A DNA stretch of 64,000 bases from a virus. Taxonomy: Duplodnaviria > Caudoviricetes. Shown here piece after piece: positions 44,848-53,494 of this stretch; within the stretch, counting starts at the first letter, position 1; each line of letters begins with the position of its first letter. Made by a program: the position numbers and the translations under genes. The notes under the pieces are model-generated. The model worked only from the letters and a program-made list of their open reading frames with translations, searched no databases and had not been told where the DNA came from. The stretch is taken from IMG/VR virus record IMGVR_UViG_3300012953_000012, positions 141,565 to 205,564 of that record; one strand, 5' to 3'.

Positions 44848-45048
44848 TTAGAATCGTGTGCTGAAACGCTTCTTGCACTTCTGGCAGCGGTAGTGGATGG
44901 CGGTCCCACCTCCCTGGTCAGGAGAGAGGTCCTGGACCATAAGGATCACAGCCTGGTTGCCATCACAGAGTTCACTGACCCGGCAAGAGACCCACTTGGT
45001 CTCACCGACCGTTTTCTTCACCCGGTTGCTGAACTTACTCATGGTCAC
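44848..45048 (-). CDS. Small zinc-ribbon protein
   Basis: CRVSELCD...YRCQKCKK. Confidence 0.65.
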   Translation of the reverse strand: MTMSKFSNRVKKTVGETKWVSCRVSELCDGNQAVILMVQDLSPDQGGGTAIHYRCQKCKKRFSTRF

Positions 45049-45067
45049 CTTCCTCCATGTGGAGACA

Positions 45068-45096
45068 TACCCACATGACCCGAGAGGTGACCCCCC
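45068..45096 (-). promoter_or_regulatory. Middle-class motif GGGGGG-N18-GGGTA
   Basis: Heads the holB/MTase/holA operon. Confidence 0.5.
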
Positions 45097-45600
45097 TCAA
45101 TAGCCTTGGGAGACAGCCCGAGCCTTGATGATCCCGGACAACTGCTGCAAGTAGTCACCAACCTCGTACTGGTACAACCCCCCGACAGCCGCAGTGCTGT
45201 GGGAAGAAGTCCCAACCACAGCGCCAGCAGGGTACTGCACCTGTCCTCCGCTCTGGGGGATCAGGACATTCGTAGGCAGAGTCAGGGTGTCTCCCGTAGA
45301 GGGATCAACACCGGCCCACCAGTTTGTTCGCAGGTCGTCCACCACAGGAACCACGACGTTTTGCCACTGAGTCCAGTGGACCCACACAGGAAGACTGCCC
45401 CTCAAGGTAGGGATGGTGTCAGGAAGCGGTTCGATCCCGATGATCCCCACCTTCACAGATGGGTTGGAACGATCTGTACCAGGGAACACAGGCTTGGCGT
45501 GTCCCTTGACCAGCAGAAAGATCGGGATGGGGAGCAGATCAGCCAACTCCGTGGCTGTCCTCACAGGGGCTATGCCCGTTCGATAGTCAGCCCGTGCCAT
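45097..45600 (-). CDS. Hypothetical late protein
   Basis: AGGAGG RBS; late motif upstream. Confidence 0.7.
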   Translation of the reverse strand: MARADYRTGIAPVRTATELADLLPIPIFLLVKGHAKPVFPGTDRSNPSVKVGIIGIEPLPDTIPTLRGSLPVWVHWTQWQNVVVPVVDDLRTNWWAGVDPSTGDTLTLPTNVLIPQSGGQVQYPAGAVVGTSSHSTAAVGGLYQYEVGDYLQQLSGIIKARAVSQGY

Positions 45601-45623
45601 GGTTCCTCCTACAGCGAGGGGTC

Positions 45624-45640
45624 CGATAGACGGACTACGG
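45624..45640 (-). promoter_or_regulatory. Late-class motif CCGTAG-N5-CTATCG
   Basis: 15 of 17 nt identical to the 5152 copy, including the spacer TCCGT. Confidence 0.7.
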
Positions 45641-46199
45641 AGAGGATCACAGGATCACTCGTCGCGGGTGTCGTTGTACTACTACTTGTATGCGTATGGG
45701 GTGTCTGGTGGTTGGTGGTTGTCGTGTCATTCATCGTGAGTGTCTTATTCAATCGGTCAACCTACGGTTTCCCTACTCCTAAGAGAAGGTAGTACTCCTT
45801 CTCTCGGTCCCTCTCCTTGTGTGTCAGTGGAGAGGGCTGAGGATGCCTGGCTGAAGAACCTGACCCTTGAACACGGCTCGCTTGTGGATCCCCCTGACTC
45901 CCTTCCCAGTTGGGTGGTCAGGTTGTGGGAAGCACAAGGCCGAGTAGGCTGGCTCCGAAGACCCGCTCCTGTGGGGGAGGTAGGGTCAACCCTTCATCGG
46001 TTCCGTCGTGAGAAAGATCGTGTGACTGAGGCTGTTCCTTGACCTTCGGGTTTCCCCGATCCCGCACCGAGGGACCTCAAGCGAGCACACGATCTGACGA
46101 ACCGGCCCATCCTGTTTCCCCCAGCCTGAGACTGGTGTCACGGGTAGTATCTACTCGACAGCAGGGCTCCGAGCAACCCCCCTGTGTGAGGATGGCCTT

Positions 46200-46511
46200 G
46201 TGTACCACGTTTGGATTGTGACGAGCCGCGATCTGGAACCGATCCAGTTGGGTGCTTCCTTCACTGACGAGCAGGATGCACTGGGGGCCGCATCAGGCAC
46301 TCTCACCGCGATGGGTGCTGCTGTCCTGGCTGCCCGGAACGCCTACAGGAACGGGTCGTTGACCTTGCTGGTGTACGACCCCACTGGCCTGTTGCCCGTG
46401 AGCGCCTTCGTGGAGGGCGCAGTCCTGTCGGAGAACGGTCGCAGCCTTCCCCCCAACGAGACTACCGAAACCATCGTCACGCGCCTCGTGGAGGGCGCGG
46501 AGGTCCACTGA
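46200..46511 (+). CDS. Hypothetical protein
   Basis: Coding-like ORF converging on the sigma gene. Confidence 0.55.
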   Translation: MYHVWIVTSRDLEPIQLGASFTDEQDALGAASGTLTAMGAAVLAARNAYRNGSLTLLVYDPTGLLPVSAFVEGAVLSENGRSLPPNETTETIVTRLVEGAEVH

Positions 46512-47801
46512 CTACCGGGCTACGAAGGTGTCACCCCAGCCTTTGCGGACGAGGCCCTGAATGTCGAGGTAGGCCAGGCACCGGTCGAGTCGTGGCTGGT
46601 CCATCCGCAGCGCCTCCTTGATTTCCTTCTTGGTGGACCACGGCTCCATGCGGAGCAGGGCCAGAGTGTTTTGGGCATCTTCACGAGTCTGGATGCCTTC
46701 GCGCAACGCCGCCCGGACCTTGCTCCGGTTGGTGAGGGCACGGGTCACCGAGCACTCGTCCATGTCGGCAATCTCCTCGGCACTCGCTCCTGCGATCATG
46801 GCGTCGTACACAGCAGTGTACCGCTCGACTGCGCCCCGGAACGCGGAGGCAACGATCTCCCGACCGACTCGGACCATCTCCTCTCGGTCCCGGTGAGTTG
46901 CGACCTCGTCCTCAGGGGTCATGCTGGGGTCCACCAGGACATGCTCCACAACCAGGTCCCCTTCGTCGGGCTTCATTCGGATGACCTCGATGTCCCCTGC
47001 CACCAGGCTCTCAGGGGCGACATAGTCCTCCTGACCGAGTTCAATGCGTTGGTTGATCTCATGCTGGGTGCGAGCGCCGCGCTGACGGGCAAGAGCGTCC
47101 TGAGCGGACTTGTAGATGGAAGAGGTGCGCTTGCGCTCCAATGCCCGGCACAACCACGAGAACGGGACCGCGCCCTTCTCCTTGATGACGGCATCGAACG
47201 TGCCCTTCTGTCCCCAGGTTGCCAACCACAGGCCAGCGTCTGAACGGAGGTCATCGAAGTCAGCATGGACATCGCGCTTCGCCAACATCGCGGCAAGTCG
47301 TTTGATGAGGCCGTGCTCCGCGATCTGAACCGCCAGCCACTCTTGGGTCAGGGTGGTGGAGGCAGCGGGAGCCTTCACAGGAGCCGCAGGAGCCTCGACA
47401 GGGGCTTCCTCGACCACAGGCTCCGGTGCAGCCTCGACAACGGGCTCGACAGGCTGTGGGGTCTCGACGGGGGTTGAGTCGGTGTTGCTCTCCGGGAGCA
47501 CGTCGAGGACGATCTCGCGGTCTCCGTCACGGAGGGTGGCGAGCAGGGTCTCGGGCTGACCTCGGAGGGCAGCGAGTAGAGCGGATGCAAAGCGGGTCTG
47601 AGCCCCAGCGCCCTTGAAGCCATTTTGGAGCACGAGGTCACGGCGCACGATGCTGCGCTTGCGGCCCTGCTCTTCGGCGGTGGCGGTGATCCAGACGCTG
47701 ATCTCTCGCTCGACCGAGGCGTCGTCCTCGGGAGTGGCGGTGAAGCCGCTGATCAGGTTGGTGAGGAGGGCGAGACGGCGTGGGGTGGTCTTGATAGACA
47801 T
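46512..47801 (-). CDS. ECF-like sigma factor with N-terminal extension and extra C-terminal wHTH
   Basis: Region 2: LIKRLAAML...DFDDLRSD...FD...FSWLCR. Region 4: ERYTAV...GASAEEIA...SVTRALTNRSKVRAALR. Confidence 0.7.
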   Translation of the reverse strand: MSIKTTPRRLALLTNLISGFTATPEDDASVEREISVWITATAEEQGRKRSIVRRDLVLQNGFKGAGAQTRFASALLAALRGQPETLLATLRDGDREIVLDVLPESNTDSTPVETPQPVEPVVEAAPEPVVEEAPVEAPAAPVKAPAASTTLTQEWLAVQIAEHGLIKRLAAMLAKRDVHADFDDLRSDAGLWLATWGQKGTFDAVIKEKGAVPFSWLCRALERKRTSSIYKSAQDALARQRGARTQHEINQRIELGQEDYVAPESLVAGDIEVIRMKPDEGDLVVEHVLVDPSMTPEDEVATHRDREEMVRVGREIVASAFRGAVERYTAVYDAMIAGASAEEIADMDECSVTRALTNRSKVRAALREGIQTREDAQNTLALLRMEPWSTKKEIKEALRMDQPRLDRCLAYLDIQGLVRKGWGDTFVAR

Positions 47802-47907
47802 GGCGTTCCTGGGTTTGCCAGCAGGGCTGGTCATGCGATGGTTTTTTCGATCAGGTCAGGACAGGCGACAGTGCTACAAGGAGCGGGTCTTTGGTCGTGA
47901 CCCTTCG

Positions 47908-47936
47908 GTTGTAGCATGGGAGGAGCGGCGGGTCAA
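47908..47936 (-). promoter_or_regulatory. Host sigma70-type promoter TTGACC-N17-TACAAC with extended -10 TG
   Basis: Canonical spacing, upstream of the sigma gene at 47801. Confidence 0.6.
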
Positions 47937-47991
47937 CCCGGTTTGGCCACTTTTGTCCCACTTTGCTCCACGTCCCCCGATTAGCGTTGCT

Positions 47992-48042
47992 CGGTAGAGT
48001 GGCTATGATCACGGACCAGTGATCTCGGTAGTCCCTCTATGG
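47992..48042 (+). promoter_or_regulatory. Two tandem late-class motifs (47992-48008, 48026-48042)
   Basis: CGGTAG-AGTGG-CTATGA and CGGTAG-TCCCT-CTATGG. Confidence 0.72.
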
Positions 48043-48076
48043 GACGCCGGGGTGTACGACCTACGGAGACTCCCCC

Positions 48077-50347
48077 ATGTTTCAGCCAACTGACCGCGCC
48101 CCCCTGTTGCGCCTTGCGTCGAGCCTCCCTGTAGGCTCTTCGGAGCGTAGAACCATCCTTGCCACCTTGAAGAAGGAGGCCGGGATCATGGACGACACGC
48201 TGGCGCGGGCGGACCTGCTTTCAGGTGCTCTCAAGAAGAGCAAGACCGCTGACCGTGGGCCTGTCCTGGAGGTCATGCAGGGCGGCATCGGAGGATTCTT
48301 CGACAAGTGGAACACATGGGTGAAGGAAAAGGCTCCCGAGTACGGAGCCAAAGACCTCGCAGAACTCCGTGAGTCTCCTGATCTCAACGACGAGGACCGT
48401 GATGCTCTGGAGGGCTTCGACAAGCGGCTCAAGACCTACGGTCCCGTCGCATCCCAACTCCTTGATCTGCTGGGTCAGATCGGAGAGGCCGAGAAAGACG
48501 CCTACGATGTCCTGTCCAACCGCAAGGACTACAAGTTGCGCGAAGCCGTCATGGCAGGCGCGGCCAAAGGCATCCACGGCATGGTTTCTACGATGGACTC
48601 GGGTCGTCGCCAGGTCACGGACATCGGACGGGGTGGGATCACCACTCCTGGGTCACACGGCGTAGACGCGGAAGACCTCGCCCAGGTCATGCTGGGCGGC
48701 GGCATGTTCATGCCAGGCATGATCTTCGACATGAACATCAAGGACAAGACCGACATTGGTCAGGGCTACAAGGTCAAAGGCGCGTTCAAGGAGCGCAAGA
48801 AGGTCTGGTCACCTGCGGGAACGAGCGTCTACACCATCTCTGGTGCCGCACGCGGACCCTACATCAAGCCTGCCGCCAACTACGCCCGCACTGTGGCTAT
48901 GAACGCCGCTGTGGACTGGAAGCGCAGCGTCCACGTCGAGTTGGAGTACATCCTCACCCCTGCCGACGAGCAGGACGGTGCGGACACGGGTGCCATCAAC
49001 ATGGGCGGCAAGGTCAGCCTGGAGACTCTCATGGGAGCCGAAGAGATCGCGGGCGTCCCTGTCAGCAGGCAGATGATCCTGGCTCAGTACTACATCAGGA
49101 AGATCGAGTCGAAGTTGGACAAGATGCTCAAGGAGGGAGTCGCCAAGGCTACCTGGCAGGCAGTCATGGCCCTGATCAAGGACCGGAAGAACCCCTGGAA
49201 GAAGGGTGGGGCTGGAGACTTCTCCATCGCTGTCCCCGTCGTCGCAAAGTTCCTGGAGAGCACCCGCGAAGGCCAGGAGATCATGGAAGCGAACGGCATG
49301 GAGAAGGCGGATCCGCGCACCATGCAGGCTCGCTGGAAGGACGCTGTGAAGAGCCTGAGGAAGGCGCTGTCTCAGTTGTCCGACGACGATCTGCTCTCCT
49401 CCCTCCACCTCACCCTGGAAGGGTTGGTGGATGATGTCCCCGCGTACATCCGCCAAATCAAGGACGACAAGGACCTCTACCAGACATACCTCTCGGACCT
49501 GCGAAAGACCGCCTCGGAGCAGAAGACCCTCACTGCATCTGACCGTTCGGCACTGATTCGCCTGGCCGCATCCCTGCCTGTGGGATCACCGGAACGCCGT
49601 GCGATCCTTGCTGGCTGCGAGAAGTTGCCCGCTGGCCCGATGCGGGACAACTGCGAGAAGTCCAAGAAGGACGGTGTGCAGCCTGGCAAGGGCAAGTCGA
49701 AGGCGAAGTCCGACGACAAGAAGAAGGACGACGGCAAGATGCCCGCCGAGTTGCTGGAGAAGTTCAAGGCGAAGAAGGCTGGCAAGGATATGTCTCCCGC
49801 CGAGATCAAGAAGAAGATCGAGGAGATGGAACACTTCCTCGACATGATGCAGAACTACGACCCCTTCCTCCGAGGCCCCATCCACCATCAGTTCCAAGCC
49901 ACCTCCAAGCAAGTGGCGGACTTGAAGAAGGCTCTCGACAAGGCCCTCCGTGGAAAGAAGGCTGCTGGTAGCCCTGACCCCAAGGGTCGCAACAGGAAGG
50001 AAGCCGCTGGCAACACGACGACCCTGACCTTCGATGTGAAGTACCTCATGCCCCTCATGTCCGTGCTCCAGAAGAACGGCTACAAGATCCGGCAGTCGGG
50101 TCGCGGGATGGAAGTGGTTGGCCATGACCGGTTCGACAAGGCTGCGGGCAAGGTGCCCGACGCTCTCAAGAAGCACCAGTTCAAGCCCGGTGAGGGCGCG
50201 GGCGAGGATGCTGACGGTGACGGCAAGACCAACGAGCCGAAGCCCGACTTCCTCAAGAAGAAGGCCGCGCTGATTCGCCTGGCTGCCACACTCCCTGTGG
50301 GATCACACGAGCGCAAGACCATCCTTCGCATGGCCGCTGGAGCATGA
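48077..50347 (+). CDS. Tagged putative virion protein containing an ECF sigma-like domain
   Basis: Three LIRLA tags; DAEDLAQVML and YARTVAMNAAVDWKRS (region 2); PRTMQARWKDAVKSLRKAL (region 4.2-like). Confidence 0.65.
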   Translation: MFQPTDRAPLLRLASSLPVGSSERRTILATLKKEAGIMDDTLARADLLSGALKKSKTADRGPVLEVMQGGIGGFFDKWNTWVKEKAPEYGAKDLAELRESPDLNDEDRDALEGFDKRLKTYGPVASQLLDLLGQIGEAEKDAYDVLSNRKDYKLREAVMAGAAKGIHGMVSTMDSGRRQVTDIGRGGITTPGSHGVDAEDLAQVMLGGGMFMPGMIFDMNIKDKTDIGQGYKVKGAFKERKKVWSPAGTSVYTISGAARGPYIKPAANYARTVAMNAAVDWKRSVHVELEYILTPADEQDGADTGAINMGGKVSLETLMGAEEIAGVPVSRQMILAQYYIRKIESKLDKMLKEGVAKATWQAVMALIKDRKNPWKKGGAGDFSIAVPVVAKFLESTREGQEIMEANGMEKADPRTMQARWKDAVKSLRKALSQLSDDDLLSSLHLTLEGLVDDVPAYIRQIKDDKDLYQTYLSDLRKTASEQKTLTASDRSALIRLAASLPVGSPERRAILAGCEKLPAGPMRDNCEKSKKDGVQPGKGKSKAKSDDKKKDDGKMPAELLEKFKAKKAGKDMSPAEIKKKIEEMEHFLDMMQNYDPFLRGPIHHQFQATSKQVADLKKALDKALRGKKAAGSPDPKGRNRKEAAGNTTTLTFDVKYLMPLMSVLQKNGYKIRQSGRGMEVVGHDRFDKAAGKVPDALKKHQFKPGEGAGEDADGDGKTNEPKPDFLKKKAALIRLAATLPVGSHERKTILRMAAGA

Positions 50348-50348
50348 C

Positions 50349-50984
50349 ATGAACAAGCAAGCACTCCGAGAAGCGATGATCGCTGAGGGCATGATCCGAA
50401 AGGCAAGCCCCTCTCTCCCCAGGCCACGGCGCAACACCCGTGCGGGGGAGAAGTTCGTCAGCAAGGTTCGTCAGTGGATGTGGGCGGACATTCAGGCCCA
50501 GATGGAACAGGCGGGCGTACCCCAGAAGCGGATCGAGGAACTGATCTCCTACCACACCGGGATCCCCACGGTCTTTGACTACCGCTTGAAGGACCTCTCC
50601 CAGGTAGACCTGATCGGCTGGATCGAGGGCAAGTGGACTCCTCCTGGCCCGATTGGGTACGGCTCTGCGAAGACCTACCCCCAGATCCTCAAGCAACAGG
50701 CCCAGCAGTACGGTGGTGCTTCTACCGCTGCCCGAGACCAGACCCTCTCCATCGCAAACAAGTTGAGCAACGACCAGAAGGCCCTTGCTTTCGCAGCGAT
50801 GCGCCTGAGCCTCCACTACAGCAGCATTGACGAGCCTATCGGGTCGTCAGTGCAGAGGGGAAGGGCCGCGAAGGCGTTGATGGAGTACATCCACGAGACC
50901 AGGACGGACAACCTGGCCAAGATGCTTCCGATTCTCCAGTGGGCTGCAAAGTGCCCGTCCAAGATCCCGGTCATGGACTACTGA
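50349..50984 (+). CDS. Putative internal virion protein with MNxxxLR...EG...RKAS leader
   Basis: MNKQALREAMIAEGMIRKAS. Confidence 0.7.
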   Translation: MNKQALREAMIAEGMIRKASPSLPRPRRNTRAGEKFVSKVRQWMWADIQAQMEQAGVPQKRIEELISYHTGIPTVFDYRLKDLSQVDLIGWIEGKWTPPGPIGYGSAKTYPQILKQQAQQYGGASTAARDQTLSIANKLSNDQKALAFAAMRLSLHYSSIDEPIGSSVQRGRAAKALMEYIHETRTDNLAKMLPILQWAAKCPSKIPVMDY

Positions 50985-51022
50985 GGACGCGGGTACAGTC
51001 CCAGACGAACCTCGGGACTGCT

Positions 51023-51403
51023 ATGCCGACCTACGAATACAAGTGCGAGAGATGCGACCATCGCTTTGAGCGGCTGCTTCGCATCTCCCAGTACAAGGAA
51101 CCCCAGGCTTGCCCTGAGTGCGGGCACAGCCCTGCCAAGAAGCAAGTCTCGATGGGGTCAGGCTTCATCCTGCGTGGTGACGGCTGGGCCGGGAAGAACA
51201 ACCGGGTCAAGGGCCAGATGCGCCGCAAGAACGCTCGCCTCAAGGGCAAGGAGAACGAGTGGAAGCGCGACTCCGGGCCGACCCTGGCCCCCAACGTCGG
51301 TGGTGAGCGCACGGAGTCCTGGTCGGACGCCAGCAAACTTGCTGCCTCCCAGGGCAAGGACACGAGCGGCTACGACAAGTTGGCCCGCAAGGAGAAGAAG
51401 TGA
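51023..51403 (+). CDS. FmdB-family zinc-ribbon protein (second copy)
   Basis: MPTYEYKCERCDHRFE...CPECG...FILRGDGW. Confidence 0.85.
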   Translation: MPTYEYKCERCDHRFERLLRISQYKEPQACPECGHSPAKKQVSMGSGFILRGDGWAGKNNRVKGQMRRKNARLKGKENEWKRDSGPTLAPNVGGERTESWSDASKLAASQGKDTSGYDKLARKEKK

Positions 51404-51642
51404 CGTGGGGTGATGACCCTCCACATCAACCTCCCGCTCCGAGCGGGTTCAAGGACTCGTTCAACAAGTCCTTCCAGTTGACCTTCTTCGCCACCACCTT
51501 CGTCATCATCGCCTTCGCAGCCCTCGGAGTCAGGATCGCCCGACGCTTGAAGCGGGACCGTGAGCGGAACAAGAACATCATCGACGCTGACTGGTCCCCG
51601 GTCGAGGCCGAGGGCGACGAGACTGATCTCACTGTTCGTTAG
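51400..51642 (+). CDS. Small single-pass membrane protein
   Basis: LTFFATTFVIIAFAALGV followed by a basic segment. Confidence 0.6.
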   Translation: MTWGDDPPHQPPAPSGFKDSFNKSFQLTFFATTFVIIAFAALGVRIARRLKRDRERNKNIIDADWSPVEAEGDETDLTVR

Positions 51643-51653
51643 GCTGCCTATCG
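51637..51653 (+). promoter_or_regulatory. Late-class motif CGTTAG-N5-CTATCG
   Basis: Upstream of 51678. Confidence 0.68.
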
Positions 51654-51677
51654 GCCTTGTCTGGACAGGAGATCACC

Positions 51678-52382
51678 ATGGCGACCCCTTTCCTCGTTGA
51701 CCGTTACCCCGGCGTCATTTCGATGGCTGTGGCGAACCGACCCAGCGTGGCTTCGTACCGCTTCGGTGCGGCCAACACGCTCGACACTGCGTTTGCGGGG
51801 GTCACCGCCCTGGCTGATGTCCGAAAGGACACCTCGTTCCGCTCCCCTACCCTGGTGACCTCTGCGCTCAACCGCAGCGCCGACTCCCGGAAGGGGCAGA
51901 CTCGTTTCTCGGTGGACATGAACGACTACGCTTCGCTGGCCAATGTGTCGGGTGATGCCGCGACAGCCTACTTCCGGGTCCAGGAGATCGACCACTCCGG
52001 GACCGTTCGCCCTGCGGGACCCATCATGGTTGTCCCACCTGCCTACTTCAACACGTCGCCCTACCGCACCCTGTCCCTGACCGGCACCGCCCCGGACACG
52101 ACCGGAACGGCGACTGGGCTACCTCCAGCAGGGGTGATGGTGATCTCGCTGCCCGTGCATGTGGATGATCTCACCATCTACAACGACGACTCAAGCAACA
52201 CCGCCAGCCTGTTCGTCGGCCTGGGGCCAGGACAGCAAGAAATCGAAGTCCCCTACAACACCAGCAACCTCACTGGGCCAGACATGACCCTGCCTTTCGG
52301 CGGTTCCGTCATCTACATCCGTGGTGATGGCGAAGACGTACCCTTTCGACTGACCATGACTCTCGTGGCGGGTCTTCGATAG
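51678..52382 (+). CDS. Putative virion structural protein
   Basis: Late motif, AGGAG RBS, beta-rich composition. Confidence 0.6.
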   Translation: MATPFLVDRYPGVISMAVANRPSVASYRFGAANTLDTAFAGVTALADVRKDTSFRSPTLVTSALNRSADSRKGQTRFSVDMNDYASLANVSGDAATAYFRVQEIDHSGTVRPAGPIMVVPPAYFNTSPYRTLSLTGTAPDTTGTATGLPPAGVMVISLPVHVDDLTIYNDDSSNTASLFVGLGPGQQEIEVPYNTSNLTGPDMTLPFGGSVIYIRGDGEDVPFRLTMTLVAGLR

Positions 52383-52439
52383 TCATTCAATACTCGCCCC
52401 AGAGGGTGAGGACCACAACCTTCCTACTGGAGAATCCCC

Positions 52440-53117
52440 ATGGCCAACGAACGCTACATCTACCGCCTCCGCACTGACATCGACGGTGTGGCTCAGATCA
52501 CTGATCTGGTTCCCAACACCTCTCGCCGCCCCGCTGTGCTCAAGGGTCAGTCCGGCTACCTGCCCGGCGCTACCGACAACAACGCTGTGACGGGCGCTGC
52601 GAACCCCACCGCTTCGGCCATCACCGGACTGGCTGCCTACATTCTCGACGTGACCAACGACGAGGTTTCTGGCTTCCAGATCTCGGTCGCTAACGCTGAC
52701 CAGGCGGCTTCCGACCTGATCGCCCTCGGTGACGCCGGTTCGGCCATCGACGAGACTGCGATTGACAGTATCTTCGGTGCTCTCGCTGCACCTGCGATGG
52801 GCGCGAACACGCTTCCCTACCCCAACTCTGCTGGTACTGCCGGAACCGCGTCGGTCGGAACCTTCGCTGGTCTGATGCAGGCCATCTGCGGAGCGGTCTA
52901 CACTCTCCCTGCTGGTTCCACTGTGGACCCTGCTGCTGCGACCACGCAGGAAGGCTCCTTCAACGGCACCTTCCGCCAGTTGTACCAGACCGGCGCTTTC
53001 AACATCTCGCTGGGTGAGGGTGATCTCGCTACCTACAGCGCCGCCACCTTCACCTACGACGGTACTACCGCCGCAGCCTGTGTGGTGTACGGCGACGACG
53101 GCTCCGTCCTCTCCTAA
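52440..53117 (+). CDS. Putative abundant virion protein (Ala/Thr/Gly-rich)
   Basis: Highly expressed-type codon bias; followed by a terminator. Confidence 0.6.
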   Translation: MANERYIYRLRTDIDGVAQITDLVPNTSRRPAVLKGQSGYLPGATDNNAVTGAANPTASAITGLAAYILDVTNDEVSGFQISVANADQAASDLIALGDAGSAIDETAIDSIFGALAAPAMGANTLPYPNSAGTAGTASVGTFAGLMQAICGAVYTLPAGSTVDPAAATTQEGSFNGTFRQLYQTGAFNISLGEGDLATYSAATFTYDGTTAAACVVYGDDGSVLS

Positions 53118-53159
53118 TCTCTGGAGGGGGTGGTCCTCACCTCTCCTTTCCTGTTTGTG

Positions 53160-53200
53160 AGGCTCCAGGGGTATCGTGCCCCTGGAGCCTTGCTCGTTTT
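53160..53200 (+). terminator. Intrinsic terminator
   Basis: 12-bp stem AGGCTCCAGGGG/CCCCTGGAGCCT followed by a T-rich tail. Confidence 0.65.
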
Positions 53201-53203
53201 GGG

Positions 53204-53455
53204 ATGGAGATGACCACGACCCCCTACCGCACCAAAGACCTCTACTTCTCCGCGTACCTGCGCGTAGCAGGGGTGCCGTTCCTGGGCGCGGAGCGCCGGG
53301 ACGACGGCAAGGTGGTCTTCCTGTTTGAGGATCAGGGGCCAGGTGCGATGCGTGATCTCAAAAGGGGCTACTTCTCGGACCAGGCCAAAGTCTCAGCGAT
53401 GTCGTTCGTCCAGATGATCCGAGCCATGAAGTCGCTCACATTCTCGGCCCGGTAG
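53204..53455 (+). CDS. DUF5659-like small protein
   Basis: YRTKDLYFSAYL...GKVVFLF. Confidence 0.65.
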   Translation: MEMTTTPYRTKDLYFSAYLRVAGVPFLGAERRDDGKVVFLFEDQGPGAMRDLKRGYFSDQAKVSAMSFVQMIRAMKSLTFSAR

Positions 53456-53457
53456 TA

Positions 53458-53485
53458 GGGGGTCCTCAACGTGGCTGGACGGGTA
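53458..53485 (+). promoter_or_regulatory. Middle-class motif GGGGG-N18-GGGTA
   Basis: Heads the RecD2 operon. Confidence 0.5.
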
Positions 53486-53494
53486 TGACAGGTC

